The position numbers and the translations under genes were made by a program. From a bacterium (GTDB lineage Bacteria; Patescibacteriota; Minisyncoccia; Minisyncoccales; CG1-02-41-26): a stretch of 60,697 bases of DNA. This document shows positions 16,822 through 27,089 of the stretch, piece after piece (position 1 is the stretch's first letter; every line of letters starts with the position of its first letter). The DNA is taken from NCBI GenBank assembly GCA_030648255.1, contig JAUSHZ010000012.1, positions 1 to 60,697 of the forward strand, given 5' to 3'. The notes under the pieces were generated by a model. The model did not search any database and had not been told where the DNA came from. It saw only the letters and a program-made list of their open reading frames with translations.

Positions 16822-19800
16822 ATGTCGGATTCAGATTTAAATTATATTTCCCTATCGGATGCCGCCAAATACTCTGAGATTTACTCTCAAGAGTATTTGA
16901 GTTTAAGAGCCAGGCAAGGAAAATTTAAAGCAACTAAGTTGGGCAGGAATTGGGTTACAACAAAACAGTGGGTGGACGATTATATTCACTTGGAAAAAAA
17001 TGTTAAAGCCAACGGTGTTCTTCACGAAGAAATAAAAAAAGAAAATTTAGAAAAATTCGAAAAAGAAAATTTAATTTTTGAAAAACCAGTTTTTGAAAAA
17101 CCAGAAATAAAAATACAACCCGCCTCTGCTCCTTCAGAGCTACGGCGTGGCGAAGCAAGAAAATATATTTTTAAATTTGCTTTGGCAAGTTCCATAACAG
17201 CTGTTTTAATTTTTAGCGTATTTATTTTTAAAGATAAAATTATAAAAATAGATAAAACTCTTGACGCAAAATTTATATCCGTAACAAAAAATATTTCTGA
17301 AAATATAAAATTACCAAAAGAAAATTATTTTGTTGGTGTGAATTTTTTGTCAAAAGCTGACTTAGTTTTTGCGGATTTAAAAGATAGTTTTTTAAAGCAA
17401 AACAATCTGGCTGTGAAAAGTATTTTAAATGGAATTCCCAAATCAAACCCTCAACACTATATTTCAAAAGTTAACAATTACTTGGCCATAGAAAAACAAA
17501 GAATAAAATTTTTGACTAGCGAATATAAATTATTCACACAAGAAGTTGAAAAAATCAAACAGGAAATTTCTAACTCGGATATTTTCTTTGCCGTAAAAGA
17601 ATTAAAACAATCATTGGGCAATGGGGTTGTGGCATTGTATAAAACGCACCCGTGGAGTCATTCTGAGGGAGTGGAGCGACCGAAGAATCCCAATGAAAAT
17701 AATGGCCGAGATTCTTCGCTATCGCTCAGAATGACACAGCTTGGGCTGTTTATTACTAAAGCAGATAAAACTCTTGACACTAAATTTTTGAGTTTAGCGA
17801 AATCAGTGCCAACAATCAAAATACCAACAATTAAAATACCAACAAACAGCATAAAGACAGCTATTGCAATATCGCAAGAAATAACAAACAAAAAAATTGA
17901 CCAAGCTTTCTCTAACTTAAAAGATAGTTTTTTACAACAAAACGACTTGGCTGTATCTTCTGTAAAAAATTATTTTGTTGGGATAAATATCTTGACAAAA
18001 GATTACCCAGTAAGAGCGAGGCAACAAATAGTTTTGGTTGCCGATGGCTACCAGCTATCTTTTATTGAAATTAATAGAGTTACGGTTGGCTTTGGCGAAA
18101 GAGCTTTGCAGGCGATAAACAGTTACTCTGCTGTGGCAGACAACTACTTTTCTGCCATTAGCATTTTGGTAAAATCAGCTGGCGAGAGCGCTAAGGAGTT
18201 TGCCAGAAGTTTTGTTGGCGATATAAAGACGGTTGTTATAAAGTCGCAAGAAACAACAAACGAAAAAGCCGGTTTAGTTTTCGCAGATTTAAGAAATAGT
18301 TTTTTACAACAAAACGACTTGGTCGCGCTTGGCGTTTCTGGCGGATTTAAAAATATTGGCGATGGGTTTGTCATTCTGAGGGAGTGGAGCGACCGAAGAA
18401 TCTTGACGGCCGAGACCGAGATTCCTCGGCTCTACCTCGGAATGACAGAGTCCGGGCATTTTGTAGCGCAAAATTTAAAAGATTATTTGGCTTTAGCAAA
18501 AGAAAAAATAAATATCTTAGCTAATATAGCGAGTATAGCGAGCAATGTAAATATAGCAGAAAGTTTAAAAGCAATTCAAAGGCCAGTAGATGATTATTTT
18601 TACGGAATATTTTTTGTGGCAAAAGATTATTTAGCATTGGAAAAACAAAATTTTATCTCGGCTATTAAAGATTATAAGCTATCTACCGTGGGAACCACAA
18701 AAGAAATCGGCAAAGAGATTTTAGCTAATGCTTTGGCTGCAACAAGCAATATAAAAAATAATATCAAAGATAGTATCCAAGAGGGACTGGCAATAACCAA
18801 GCAAAAAACAAAAGATTTATTTGCCAATATAAAAGCCCTTACTATATATATAGTAGAGAGCGCACAAAAAGGATTTTATTATGTAATAAGGCCATGGCTG
18901 GAAGATAAAAATTTATTTTTAGTGCAAGGAGTTAAAGAAACCGAGTTTCTAAAAACTGCCTCTTCCACAGTAATTATTAAAGAAACAGTCGTTATTCGAG
19001 AGAAGCAAGGAAGCTCGGTTTCGACTACCCAAATAACTCAAATTTTTCCAATAAAAGAAATCACAAAAGAAACAATTATTGTTGAAAAAGCTGTTGAAGC
19101 TCGGTTTTGGGAGCCCTTAAAAACCGAGCTTCAACAGCTTAAACTTGCGGTTGCTAACTTGCAAAGTCAAGCTGGAAAAATCCAGTATTACTCGCCGAGC
19201 AACAATGTTCCAACCTCCCCGGTTTATATTGGCTCGTCTGGTTTGGAAATTTCAGGTAATGCGTCTTTGGCTTCTTTGGGGGTTTCTGGTTTTGCTGGGA
19301 TCCGCGATTTAGGTGTGGGTAATTCTTTTTCTGTGGGTTCGGGTGGAACTACTTTAACGGTTGATAAAGAAGGCCGTTTAACATCTCCAAGCATAACGGG
19401 AGGGAGCGGCAGTTTTTCTAGCTTGAGCTCAACTGGCAATATAACAGCAACTGGGGATTTAGCGGTTTCTGGTTCAGCAACTATAGCTGGCAACTTAAAT
19501 GTTGGAGGAATAGCGGTTTTTTCCACCTCCACAATAGCAATGACCACTACTACTGCTTCTATTTTTTCTATTGGCACCAGCACCACAGCTAATTTATTTA
19601 CGGTTGCTGGAACAGGGAATACTGTTTTTCAAAATATTGGCCAAGTTTATATTTTACCAACTGGCACCACTACCATTGGGGCAGGCACTTCCACCCCCAC
19701 TGTTTTAACTGGCTATATTGCCTCTGACATTTTGCCATATTATGACAATACATATAACATAGGCAGTTCGGATTATAGGTGGAAGCAGGGATATTTTGGC

Positions 19801-22800
19801 GATTCGTTATCAGTTAACGGCACTTCCACACTAGCAACTACTACTGCCACACTGTTATCAGTTTCGGGAAATGGCATGGTGGCTGGATATTTTGGTATTG
19901 GCACTTCTACTCCATATTACCCATTAGATATTAGTTCCACTTCTACAATCACGAGTAGCAGTGCCAAAGCTCAAAACATTTATCTAACAGCCAATCCTTC
20001 AGCTACTTCATCGGCCAGTTATTATGGTTCAATGTCTATCGCAGATTATCAAGCGAATTATCCAACCAATTCTGGTTATTATGTAATGGGTAATTGGGGT
20101 GAAGGCAGAAACAGCGGAACATCTACTTTAGAAAATGTGGTGGGAGGCTGGTTCAGGGCTGCTAATACTTCATCGGGTACAGTGAATGACGCTAACGGCG
20201 TCGTTGGTCAGGCTAGAAATTCTGGAACAGGCACAATAATAAGGGGATATGGGGTGGTTGGAGCGGCTCGCAATAATTCCAGTGGAGTTATTACCGACGC
20301 TGTGGGTGTGTGGGGTGATATCATTAATGCCAATGCCTCTGGAGTAATTACCAATGCTTACAATATAAGAGCCGCCGTTCCTTATTCTAATGTTGGCACG
20401 ATTCAAAATCTTTATGGTGTTTATATTGATGCGCAATCGCCAACCGGCGGAGGCACTATCAATAATAAATGGGCTTTTTATCAAGCCGGCTCTTCAGACC
20501 AATCATATTTTGCTGGCAATGTGGGTATTGGCACAACTACGCCAACAGCCCTGCTCAATGTTTATTCCAGCAAAGCAACTGCTTACCCCTTATTGAGAAT
20601 ATCCACTACAACTGTTGAGGCATTGTTTGTTGACACAAGCGGCAATGTTGGAATTGGCACAACCACTATTGCTTACAAATTTTTTGTTGACGGAAACTCA
20701 TACATCTCTGGTAATTCCACCTCCACAGGAAACTCGCAAATCGCAGGAAATTTGCAAGTGGTTGGTAGCCAAACAATCGGTTCCACTTTAAATGTGGCAG
20801 CCACAAGCACCCAAGCCACCACAAGTATCACTCAACTTTTGGTTTCGGGATATGGCTCGGTGTTGGGTAGTTTTGGAGTTGGCACATCTTCTGCGCCGTA
20901 TAAACTTACAGTGGAAGGGGATTCGTATTTTATTGGAAACGCCACCACCACTGGCGATTTCACAGTTAATGGTAATTTGAAAGTGGCTGGAAACACTATT
21001 ACTTTGGGAGATAGTTTTACTTCTGATTTGGTAGTCAACACGGCTGTTGCTTCTGATTTAATTCCCGATGAAAACGCTACAAGGGATTTGGGCTCAACAA
21101 ACTACTATTGGGATTATTTATATGTTGATCAAGTGGTGGCGAATAACATTTCAGCTGCTTCAACCACTGTTGGAGGCACGCAAAGCGAGAGCTTCACCCT
21201 TAACTCTGATAATGGTACCGCTGACACAGAATCCCAAAGCTTAATTTTCTTTAGGGGTCAAGTGGTGCCAAACGCTGTTTTGTCTTGGGATGCTGGGGCT
21301 GATAAGTTTGATTTTAATCAGCCGGTTTTTATGCAGAATGATTCTTCAACCACCACTGTTCCCTCTCTTGAAGTGTGGGGAAAAAGTGGCCAAACAGCAG
21401 ACCTTTTCCGCGTGGCAAGTTCCTCTGGAGCTGTTGTGTTTAATGTGGCATCAAGCGGCAATGTGGGCATTGGCACTTCAACCCCGTCATTTCTTTTAAC
21501 CACCGCAGGAACACAATACACAACCGGCGCAACTTATTTCGGCTCCACTTTAAATGTTTCTGCCACTACAACAGTAGCCACAACTTCTATTACCCAACTT
21601 CTTGTCTCTGGAAACTCCATTTTATCTGGCGGGTTGTGGGTGAGTGGCACTTCTACATTATTGGGCGATGTTTCAATTACAAATAACTTGCTTGTTTCTG
21701 ATGATTTAACTGTAACAGCCACCACCACTCTTAATGGAGATGTTGTCTTGGGCAGTGATTCAAATGACAACATTGCTATTAACGGCAGAGTGGGAACCAC
21801 CACTTTTATCGGAGGCATCACAGTGGGCGGGGACTTGGTTGCTAACTTGGACTTCACAGCCAGCGGCACTTCCACTTTGGCCACAACATCTATTACTCAA
21901 TTAACAACTTCCGGGCACGCTCTATTCTCAGGCAATGTTAGCATTGCCACTTCTTCATCCTCTTTTGGCTTAACCACCGCAGGAACCCAATACACAACTG
22001 GCGCAACCTATTTTGGCTCAACTTTAAATGTGGCAGCTACCTCTACTTTAGCCACTACAAGCATTACATACTTAACTGCTTCTGTTGGCGGTTCGGTTAT
22101 GGGAAGGTTTGGCATTGGCACTACCACCCCATATTATTCTTTGGATATTCAAAGTACATCAGGACTTGGTTCTTTCCGTATCGCCTCCTCATCTGTGTAT
22201 AATGCGTTATTAATAGACAACAACGGATTAATGACATTTGGTTTGGCTGACAATTCTTCAACCTCAATGACTATACAAGAGGGCACAAGCGGTACTGCAT
22301 ATCTAACTTTTGACACTAGCAATGACGCAGAAAAAATTGTGGTGGGTAAGGATTTGGAAATAGGCACAATGCGAATTGACCAAGATAGCGGGGCGGTGCA
22401 AATTGCCAATATGAACATCACAACCAGCTCTACTATTAATACGGCTGAAAGTTTAAGTATTGCTTTAGATGGCGTTAGCGTTTTAACTGTTTATGGCGAA
22501 GCCGACGGGGTTGGATATTTACAAAATTACAGAGTGGGTATTGGCACCACCACCCCAATATCAATGCTCACGATTATTGGTAGCGCAAGTTCATCGGCCT
22601 CATCTTTATTAAAAATAGCCACCAGCACAATAACTGCAATGTTTATTGACGGCATGGGTTTGGTGGGTATTGGCACCACTTCGCCAAGCTTTACCTTAAC
22701 AAATGCTGGCACTTTTTATTCAACAGGTGCTTCATACTTTGGCTCCACTTTAAATATTGTTGCCACTTCCACTCAAGCCACCACAAGCATAACTCAACTT

Positions 22801-25800
22801 TTGGTTTCTGGAAATTCTATTCTGTCTGGCGGTTTGTGGACAAGCGGCACCTCTACATTGGCTACCACCTCTATTACATATTTGACTGCTTCTGTTGGGG
22901 GATCGGTTATGGGAAGGTTTGGTATTGGCACTACCACCCCATACTATTCGTTGGATATTCAAAGCACATCAGGTCTTGGCTCTTTCCGTATCGCCTCCTC
23001 ATCTGTGTATAATGCGCTATTAATAGACAACAACGGATTAATGACATTTGGTTTAGGCGACCATAGCTCTTCGTCTCTTGTTATACAAGAAGGCACAAGC
23101 GGTACTGCTTATTTAACTTTTGACACCAGCAATGACGCAGAAAAAATAGTGGTGGGCAAAAATTTAGAAATTGGGCCAATGAATGTGGATCAAGATAGCG
23201 GGGCGGTGTTGTTTGCCACTATGGATGTAACCGCAAGCTCCACAGCTGGAATTGCCAATAGCTTGAGTATTGGCATTGATGGCAATTCGATTTTAACTGT
23301 GTATTCCTCATCAACTGGAAATGGGCAGATAGAACAAATGCGGGTTGGTATTGGTACCACAACCCCAATCGCTATGTTGGAATTGAGGGGTAATGCCTCA
23401 ACCACAGGAGATTTATTTAGGGTCTCAACCAGCACAATTTATGGAATGGTTATTGACGGTATGGGGCTTGTTGGTATTGGCACCTCCTCACCAACATTTA
23501 ATTTAACAGTGGCTGGCACGCAATACACAACAGGAGCTGCATATTTGAGCAGCACTTTAAATGTTTCTGGCACATCAACATTGGCAACTACTTCAATTAC
23601 TTATTTAACTGTTTCACAAGATGCAACAATTGGTGGAAAGCTAGGCATTGGAACAACCACTCCATATACCACTTTTGATTTAAAAGGAACAGCTAGTATT
23701 GATCCGTTTAGGATTGCTTCGTCAACGGGAAATACCTTATTAAAACTTTCCAATACTGGAGCATTAAGCCTTTTACCAGCAGACGGAACAACTGTTGAAG
23801 GTATTTATATGTACCCTCAAACAAATGGAAATCCTGCAAAAATTGTCATAGGAAATTCTGGAACTTCTGTTGGAACTAATCCTGCCTTTGAAATACATAG
23901 AGTGGTAACTGGGGCTACCAATGCTCACGGAATACAGGATTATTCTGATTTGAATATGGACGCAGATATGGCTTATGCTTCCCACGACTCAAGAGTTAAT
24001 CTTATAGGTTCTAATGCTATTGATCATTTTGTTTCTTTTCAAGCTGTTCCAATAATAACAAATACAGGGATAGTAAGTAGTTTATATTCTTTATGGAGCG
24101 CTCCCGTTATAAGCGCAGGAACAACCACTAATAGCTATGGAATAAAATTAGATAACCCAGCGTTAAGTGGTTCTGCGGTTGTTACAAATAATTATGGATT
24201 ATATGTTTCAAGCCAAACAGCGGGTTCGGCTAACAATTATGCTGTTTATACAGCTGGAACGGCCGCCTCTCTTTTTGGAGGAAATGTAGGGATTGGGATA
24301 ACTCCAACTTATGCTTTGCATATCTCAAAAGCCAGTCCAAGAATTTATGTAAAAGATACTGGAACGAGCTATAGTATGGCCCAATTTTCCAACGGTTCAA
24401 CTGGGGATTTTTATATTGGAAAAGAAAGTAGCACTGGAGGTTCAATAATTACGGGTTCATATGGGAACGCTGGCGTTATAAATGTAAGTGGGGCATTTCC
24501 TTTTCAACTTGCAACCAATGGAACGATTAGGATGACAGTAGCAAGTAGCACAGGAAATGTAGGCATGGGCACAACCACCCCAGCCGCCTTGCTGGATATT
24601 TATGGCACAGCCGGGCCAGCTCAATTGAGAATATCCACTTCCACTGGCTGGGCGCAGTTTTATGTTGACAACAGTGGCTACTTAAATATTGAGACACAAA
24701 ATTCCACCACCTCGGCTTTGCAAATTACTAATGCCACTGTGGTTGCCAATCAGCCGTTAAACTTAAATATGGCCGGGGATTTGGGATTGTCTTATGACAT
24801 AATGCTTGAAAATCCATCAGCCAGTTATATTAAATTTGCTGGGGCTGGTTTCGTGCAAACCGAAAGCCCGTTTGGCAATTATAATTTAACATTGTCAGCT
24901 GCCAACACGGGTAAAATTGTTTTAAACGACAATATCCAAATAACAGGCACCACCCAATTTGTGGCAAGTTCAACCGTGCAGGCATTGGCAAGCTCATCAG
25001 CCATTATTCAGGAAGTTACTTTGACCAAAATCTACGCCAGTTCTTCTTTAATCCTTTCATCTGCCCCAACAATTGCTGATGGCGTGGAGGGCGATATAAT
25101 TGTTTTACTTGGCGCTTCAACCACGCAGGCAGTAACCGTGCAAGACCAAGACACATTGGCCTCAAGCAATTTACAGCTTGGTTCAACCAACAGAATGCTC
25201 ACCAACGGATCCACTTTGGCTTTGATGTTTGACGGCACTGATTGGGTGGAGCTTTGGTATTCGGGCATTACTCACGCTGACTTTGCTGAAATGTATAAAA
25301 TAAAAGAAGATGTGGAAATAGGAGATGTGGTGGCGTTTAGCGATGAGTACTTAAAAACCCGCAAAGCCAGTTTACCAGATCAAACTTTGGTGGGAATTAT
25401 TTCTGCCAGCCCTGCCTATTTAATTGGCAATGAATTTAAAAATGAAATGGTAATGCCAGTGGCTTTAAATGGCAGGGTGCCAGTGAAGATCTCGTTGGAG
25501 GCAGGGGCAATCCAAAAAGGGGACTTGTTGATTTTATCCACCAAGCCCGGCTACGCAATGAAATATAACGAAGATTATTTGAGAGAGCTCAAGGCACTCG
25601 GTTCCTTGAAAGAGCTAACCATAGTGCCAATTGTTGGTGTGGCGTTAGAGGATTATGTTACTTCATCAGAAAAAATCCAGCCAGAATTTTTGGAAATAGA
25701 ATACAAAAAAGTTGCTATTCAGTTTAAACAAGAAACTGACGAGGCAATTAAAAATACAATTTTAGCAAAATACAAAATAAACTCTAACAGCGAAGTCAGG

Positions 25801-26502
25801 GCAAGCTATATTGAAAATTTACAAACAGAAGAGCCAATCGCTTCTATTAATATAGTTGGCTCACGAGTTGAAAGAATTGCCAACCCAGATTATAGCCCCG
25901 CCAAAGACGACAAGATTATGGCAATGGTCAAGAGCGGTTATGTAAAAGTTGGACCATCAAACGGATTTTCAAAATTAACAGTGGTGGAAAAAGATGGCAA
26001 ATTGGTCTTTGCCCCAGAAGACAAAAATTTTGCTGATAATTTAGATATGGTTATTGAGGCAGACGGTTCTTTGGTGGTGGGTAAATTAAAAGCCAAGCAA
26101 GCAGAAATTGGCAGCGCAGAAAAACCAGCTGGCATTACTTTGTATGACGAAGACACTGGCGCTCCTTATTGTTTGAAAATGAAAGCTGGAGCAATGATAA
26201 GTCAAGCTGGCAAATGCGGAGAGCTTGGAGCCGAGCTACTTCCGAGCTCAGGAGGAAGTAGCTTGGCTCCTTCGGAGCCCGTCCCCGAGCCCGAGATAAG
26301 TCCCATAGATCCTATTAGTCCTATTGTCCCTCCCCCCATTCTCCCCGAACCAGTAATTTCTGAACCGCCAATAGCCCCAGCACCCGAATTTACACCCGAA
26401 GTAGCCCCCGAAACCCCACCAGTCGAGCAACCCGCGCCTGAGCCCGAAATAAGTCCTATTGGTCTTATAAGTCCTATAAATCAAAACCTATATGTCCTAT
26501 AA
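16822..26502 (+). CDS. Giant (3226 aa) membrane-anchored fibre-like surface protein with an N-terminal excisionase/MerR-type HTH
   Basis: This is a single uninterrupted ORF. The N-terminus reads ISLSDAAKYSEI...KLGRNWVTTKQWVDDYI, followed by a transmembrane segment (YIFKFALASSITAVLIFSVFIF). At least 14 G-[IV]-G-T-[TS]-[TS]-P repeats lie in a Thr/Ser/Gly-rich core, and the tail is Pro-rich. Confidence 0.85.
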   Translation: MSDSDLNYISLSDAAKYSEIYSQEYLSLRARQGKFKATKLGRNWVTTKQWVDDYIHLEKNVKANGVLHEEIKKENLEKFEKENLIFEKPVFEKPEIKIQPASAPSELRRGEARKYIFKFALASSITAVLIFSVFIFKDKIIKIDKTLDAKFISVTKNISENIKLPKENYFVGVNFLSKADLVFADLKDSFLKQNNLAVKSILNGIPKSNPQHYISKVNNYLAIEKQRIKFLTSEYKLFTQEVEKIKQEISNSDIFFAVKELKQSLGNGVVALYKTHPWSHSEGVERPKNPNENNGRDSSLSLRMTQLGLFITKADKTLDTKFLSLAKSVPTIKIPTIKIPTNSIKTAIAISQEITNKKIDQAFSNLKDSFLQQNDLAVSSVKNYFVGINILTKDYPVRARQQIVLVADGYQLSFIEINRVTVGFGERALQAINSYSAVADNYFSAISILVKSAGESAKEFARSFVGDIKTVVIKSQETTNEKAGLVFADLRNSFLQQNDLVALGVSGGFKNIGDGFVILREWSDRRILTAETEIPRLYLGMTESGHFVAQNLKDYLALAKEKINILANIASIASNVNIAESLKAIQRPVDDYFYGIFFVAKDYLALEKQNFISAIKDYKLSTVGTTKEIGKEILANALAATSNIKNNIKDSIQEGLAITKQKTKDLFANIKALTIYIVESAQKGFYYVIRPWLEDKNLFLVQGVKETEFLKTASSTVIIKETVVIREKQGSSVSTTQITQIFPIKEITKETIIVEKAVEARFWEPLKTELQQLKLAVANLQSQAGKIQYYSPSNNVPTSPVYIGSSGLEISGNASLASLGVSGFAGIRDLGVGNSFSVGSGGTTLTVDKEGRLTSPSITGGSGSFSSLSSTGNITATGDLAVSGSATIAGNLNVGGIAVFSTSTIAMTTTTASIFSIGTSTTANLFTVAGTGNTVFQNIGQVYILPTGTTTIGAGTSTPTVLTGYIASDILPYYDNTYNIGSSDYRWKQGYFGDSLSVNGTSTLATTTATLLSVSGNGMVAGYFGIGTSTPYYPLDISSTSTITSSSAKAQNIYLTANPSATSSASYYGSMSIADYQANYPTNSGYYVMGNWGEGRNSGTSTLENVVGGWFRAANTSSGTVNDANGVVGQARNSGTGTIIRGYGVVGAARNNSSGVITDAVGVWGDIINANASGVITNAYNIRAAVPYSNVGTIQNLYGVYIDAQSPTGGGTINNKWAFYQAGSSDQSYFAGNVGIGTTTPTALLNVYSSKATAYPLLRISTTTVEALFVDTSGNVGIGTTTIAYKFFVDGNSYISGNSTSTGNSQIAGNLQVVGSQTIGSTLNVAATSTQATTSITQLLVSGYGSVLGSFGVGTSSAPYKLTVEGDSYFIGNATTTGDFTVNGNLKVAGNTITLGDSFTSDLVVNTAVASDLIPDENATRDLGSTNYYWDYLYVDQVVANNISAASTTVGGTQSESFTLNSDNGTADTESQSLIFFRGQVVPNAVLSWDAGADKFDFNQPVFMQNDSSTTTVPSLEVWGKSGQTADLFRVASSSGAVVFNVASSGNVGIGTSTPSFLLTTAGTQYTTGATYFGSTLNVSATTTVATTSITQLLVSGNSILSGGLWVSGTSTLLGDVSITNNLLVSDDLTVTATTTLNGDVVLGSDSNDNIAINGRVGTTTFIGGITVGGDLVANLDFTASGTSTLATTSITQLTTSGHALFSGNVSIATSSSSFGLTTAGTQYTTGATYFGSTLNVAATSTLATTSITYLTASVGGSVMGRFGIGTTTPYYSLDIQSTSGLGSFRIASSSVYNALLIDNNGLMTFGLADNSSTSMTIQEGTSGTAYLTFDTSNDAEKIVVGKDLEIGTMRIDQDSGAVQIANMNITTSSTINTAESLSIALDGVSVLTVYGEADGVGYLQNYRVGIGTTTPISMLTIIGSASSSASSLLKIATSTITAMFIDGMGLVGIGTTSPSFTLTNAGTFYSTGASYFGSTLNIVATSTQATTSITQLLVSGNSILSGGLWTSGTSTLATTSITYLTASVGGSVMGRFGIGTTTPYYSLDIQSTSGLGSFRIASSSVYNALLIDNNGLMTFGLGDHSSSSLVIQEGTSGTAYLTFDTSNDAEKIVVGKNLEIGPMNVDQDSGAVLFATMDVTASSTAGIANSLSIGIDGNSILTVYSSSTGNGQIEQMRVGIGTTTPIAMLELRGNASTTGDLFRVSTSTIYGMVIDGMGLVGIGTSSPTFNLTVAGTQYTTGAAYLSSTLNVSGTSTLATTSITYLTVSQDATIGGKLGIGTTTPYTTFDLKGTASIDPFRIASSTGNTLLKLSNTGALSLLPADGTTVEGIYMYPQTNGNPAKIVIGNSGTSVGTNPAFEIHRVVTGATNAHGIQDYSDLNMDADMAYASHDSRVNLIGSNAIDHFVSFQAVPIITNTGIVSSLYSLWSAPVISAGTTTNSYGIKLDNPALSGSAVVTNNYGLYVSSQTAGSANNYAVYTAGTAASLFGGNVGIGITPTYALHISKASPRIYVKDTGTSYSMAQFSNGSTGDFYIGKESSTGGSIITGSYGNAGVINVSGAFPFQLATNGTIRMTVASSTGNVGMGTTTPAALLDIYGTAGPAQLRISTSTGWAQFYVDNSGYLNIETQNSTTSALQITNATVVANQPLNLNMAGDLGLSYDIMLENPSASYIKFAGAGFVQTESPFGNYNLTLSAANTGKIVLNDNIQITGTTQFVASSTVQALASSSAIIQEVTLTKIYASSSLILSSAPTIADGVEGDIIVLLGASTTQAVTVQDQDTLASSNLQLGSTNRMLTNGSTLALMFDGTDWVELWYSGITHADFAEMYKIKEDVEIGDVVAFSDEYLKTRKASLPDQTLVGIISASPAYLIGNEFKNEMVMPVALNGRVPVKISLEAGAIQKGDLLILSTKPGYAMKYNEDYLRELKALGSLKELTIVPIVGVALEDYVTSSEKIQPEFLEIEYKKVAIQFKQETDEAIKNTILAKYKINSNSEVRASYIENLQTEEPIASINIVGSRVERIANPDYSPAKDDKIMAMVKSGYVKVGPSNGFSKLTVVEKDGKLVFAPEDKNFADNLDMVIEADGSLVVGKLKAKQAEIGSAEKPAGITLYDEDTGAPYCLKMKAGAMISQAGKCGELGAELLPSSGGSSLAPSEPVPEPEISPIDPISPIVPPPILPEPVISEPPIAPAPEFTPEVAPETPPVEQPAPEPEISPIGLISPINQNLYVL
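17657..17737. repeat. Family-B palindrome in frame in the giant gene
   Basis: The sequence is gtcattctgagggagtggagcgaccgaagaatccc...gagattcttcgctatcgctcagaatgacac. Confidence 0.85.
18369..18447. repeat. Second family-B palindrome in frame in the giant gene
   Basis: The sequence is gtcattctgagggagtggagcgaccgaagaatcttgacggccgagaccgagattcctcggctctacctcggaatgac. Confidence 0.85.
19090..19138. repeat. Family-A long palindrome in frame in the giant gene
   Basis: The sequence gctgttgaagctcggttttgggagcccttaaaaaccgagcttcaacagc is read as AVEARFWEPLKTELQQ. Confidence 0.85.
22070..23170. repeat. Near-identical 810-bp (270-aa) tandem duplication inside the giant gene
   Basis: tctgttggcgg at 22081 recurs as tctgttggggg at 22891. 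The peptide LTASVGGSVMGRFGIGTTTPYYSLDIQSTSGLGSFRIASSSVYNALLIDNNGLMTFGL occurs twice verbatim. Confidence 0.85.
25590..25608. repeat. Family-D hairpin in frame in the giant gene
   Basis: The sequence is caaggcactcggttccttg, encoding KALGSL. Confidence 0.7.
26296..26331. repeat. 9-bp periodic ATAAGTCCY-type repeats at the giant gene 3' end
   Basis: The units ataagtccc atagatcct attagtcct attgtccct encode ISPIDPISPIVP. The same motif recurs through 26449-27100. Confidence 0.8.
26449..26468. repeat. Left arm of the inverted repeat around four-helix-bundle gene 1
   Basis: ataagtcctattggtcttat pairs with 27070-27089 over 20 bp, including one G-U. It lies inside the last codons of the giant gene. 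Confidence 0.7.
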
Positions 26503-27073
26503 AGACCTAAAAACTTACCAAAATTCCACTATTATTTACGATTTTACCGTTGATTTTTGCAACCGTTTTGTTGTTCCGCCCCATTATACGACCTATCAGA
26601 CCGATAAGTCCTATTCTCCCCAGCCCTATCCATCCAATAGGTCCTATCGCACGGCCGACCAAATGGTGCAGGCTGCTCGAAGTGGCAAACAGAATATTGT
26701 GGAAGGTTCAACTGAAAGAGCTTCCAAGAAAAGCGAAATTAAATTGGTGTCGGTTAGTCGCGCTTCTTTTCAAGAGTTATTAGAGGACTACGAGGATTTT
26801 TTACGCCAGCACTCGTTGCCCCTTTGGGAAAAAGATTTTCCGCAAGCAGTCGCTGTGCGACAGCTTGTTTATTTGCCCGATAAGTCCTATCAGACATATA
26901 GGTCTTATTTGAGCTCGCCAGAAAATGCGGCGAACGCAATTATCTGTTTAATCAACCAAAATAATTTTTTGCTTGATAGGCAAATAAAATCGTTAGAAGA
27001 AGCATTTATAAAAGAAGGTGGCTATACCGAGCAACTATTTAAAAAAAGATTAGCCCATAGGGCAATAAAATAG
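26492..27073 (+). CDS. Four-helix-bundle protein (23S rRNA IVS protein / Avd family) with an extended C-terminal domain
   Basis: It contains MVQAARSGKQNIVEGSTERASKKSEIKLVSVSRASFQELLEDYEDFL, the family's R-x-x-x-S-x-x-x-N-I-x-E-G core. It overlaps the giant gene stop by 11 nt. Confidence 0.7.
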   Translation: MSYKDLKTYQNSTIIYDFTVDFCNRFVVPPHYTTYQTDKSYSPQPYPSNRSYRTADQMVQAARSGKQNIVEGSTERASKKSEIKLVSVSRASFQELLEDYEDFLRQHSLPLWEKDFPQAVAVRQLVYLPDKSYQTYRSYLSSPENAANAIICLINQNNFLLDRQIKSLEEAFIKEGGYTEQLFKKRLAHRAIK

Positions 27074-27089
27074 GACCAATAGGACTTAT
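27070..27089. repeat. Right arm of the inverted repeat around four-helix-bundle gene 1
   Basis: The sequence is ataggaccaataggacttat, the reverse complement of 26449-26468 apart from one G-U position. Confidence 0.7.

Noticed and set aside
16822-26502. The giant fibre-like gene as part of a prophage tail module
   Set aside because: No capsid, terminase, portal, baseplate or integrase genes flank it. The neighbours are ftsX and tRNA-Gln upstream, and four-helix-bundle and LamG genes downstream. It also carries an N-terminal HTH and a membrane anchor, unlike phage fibres.
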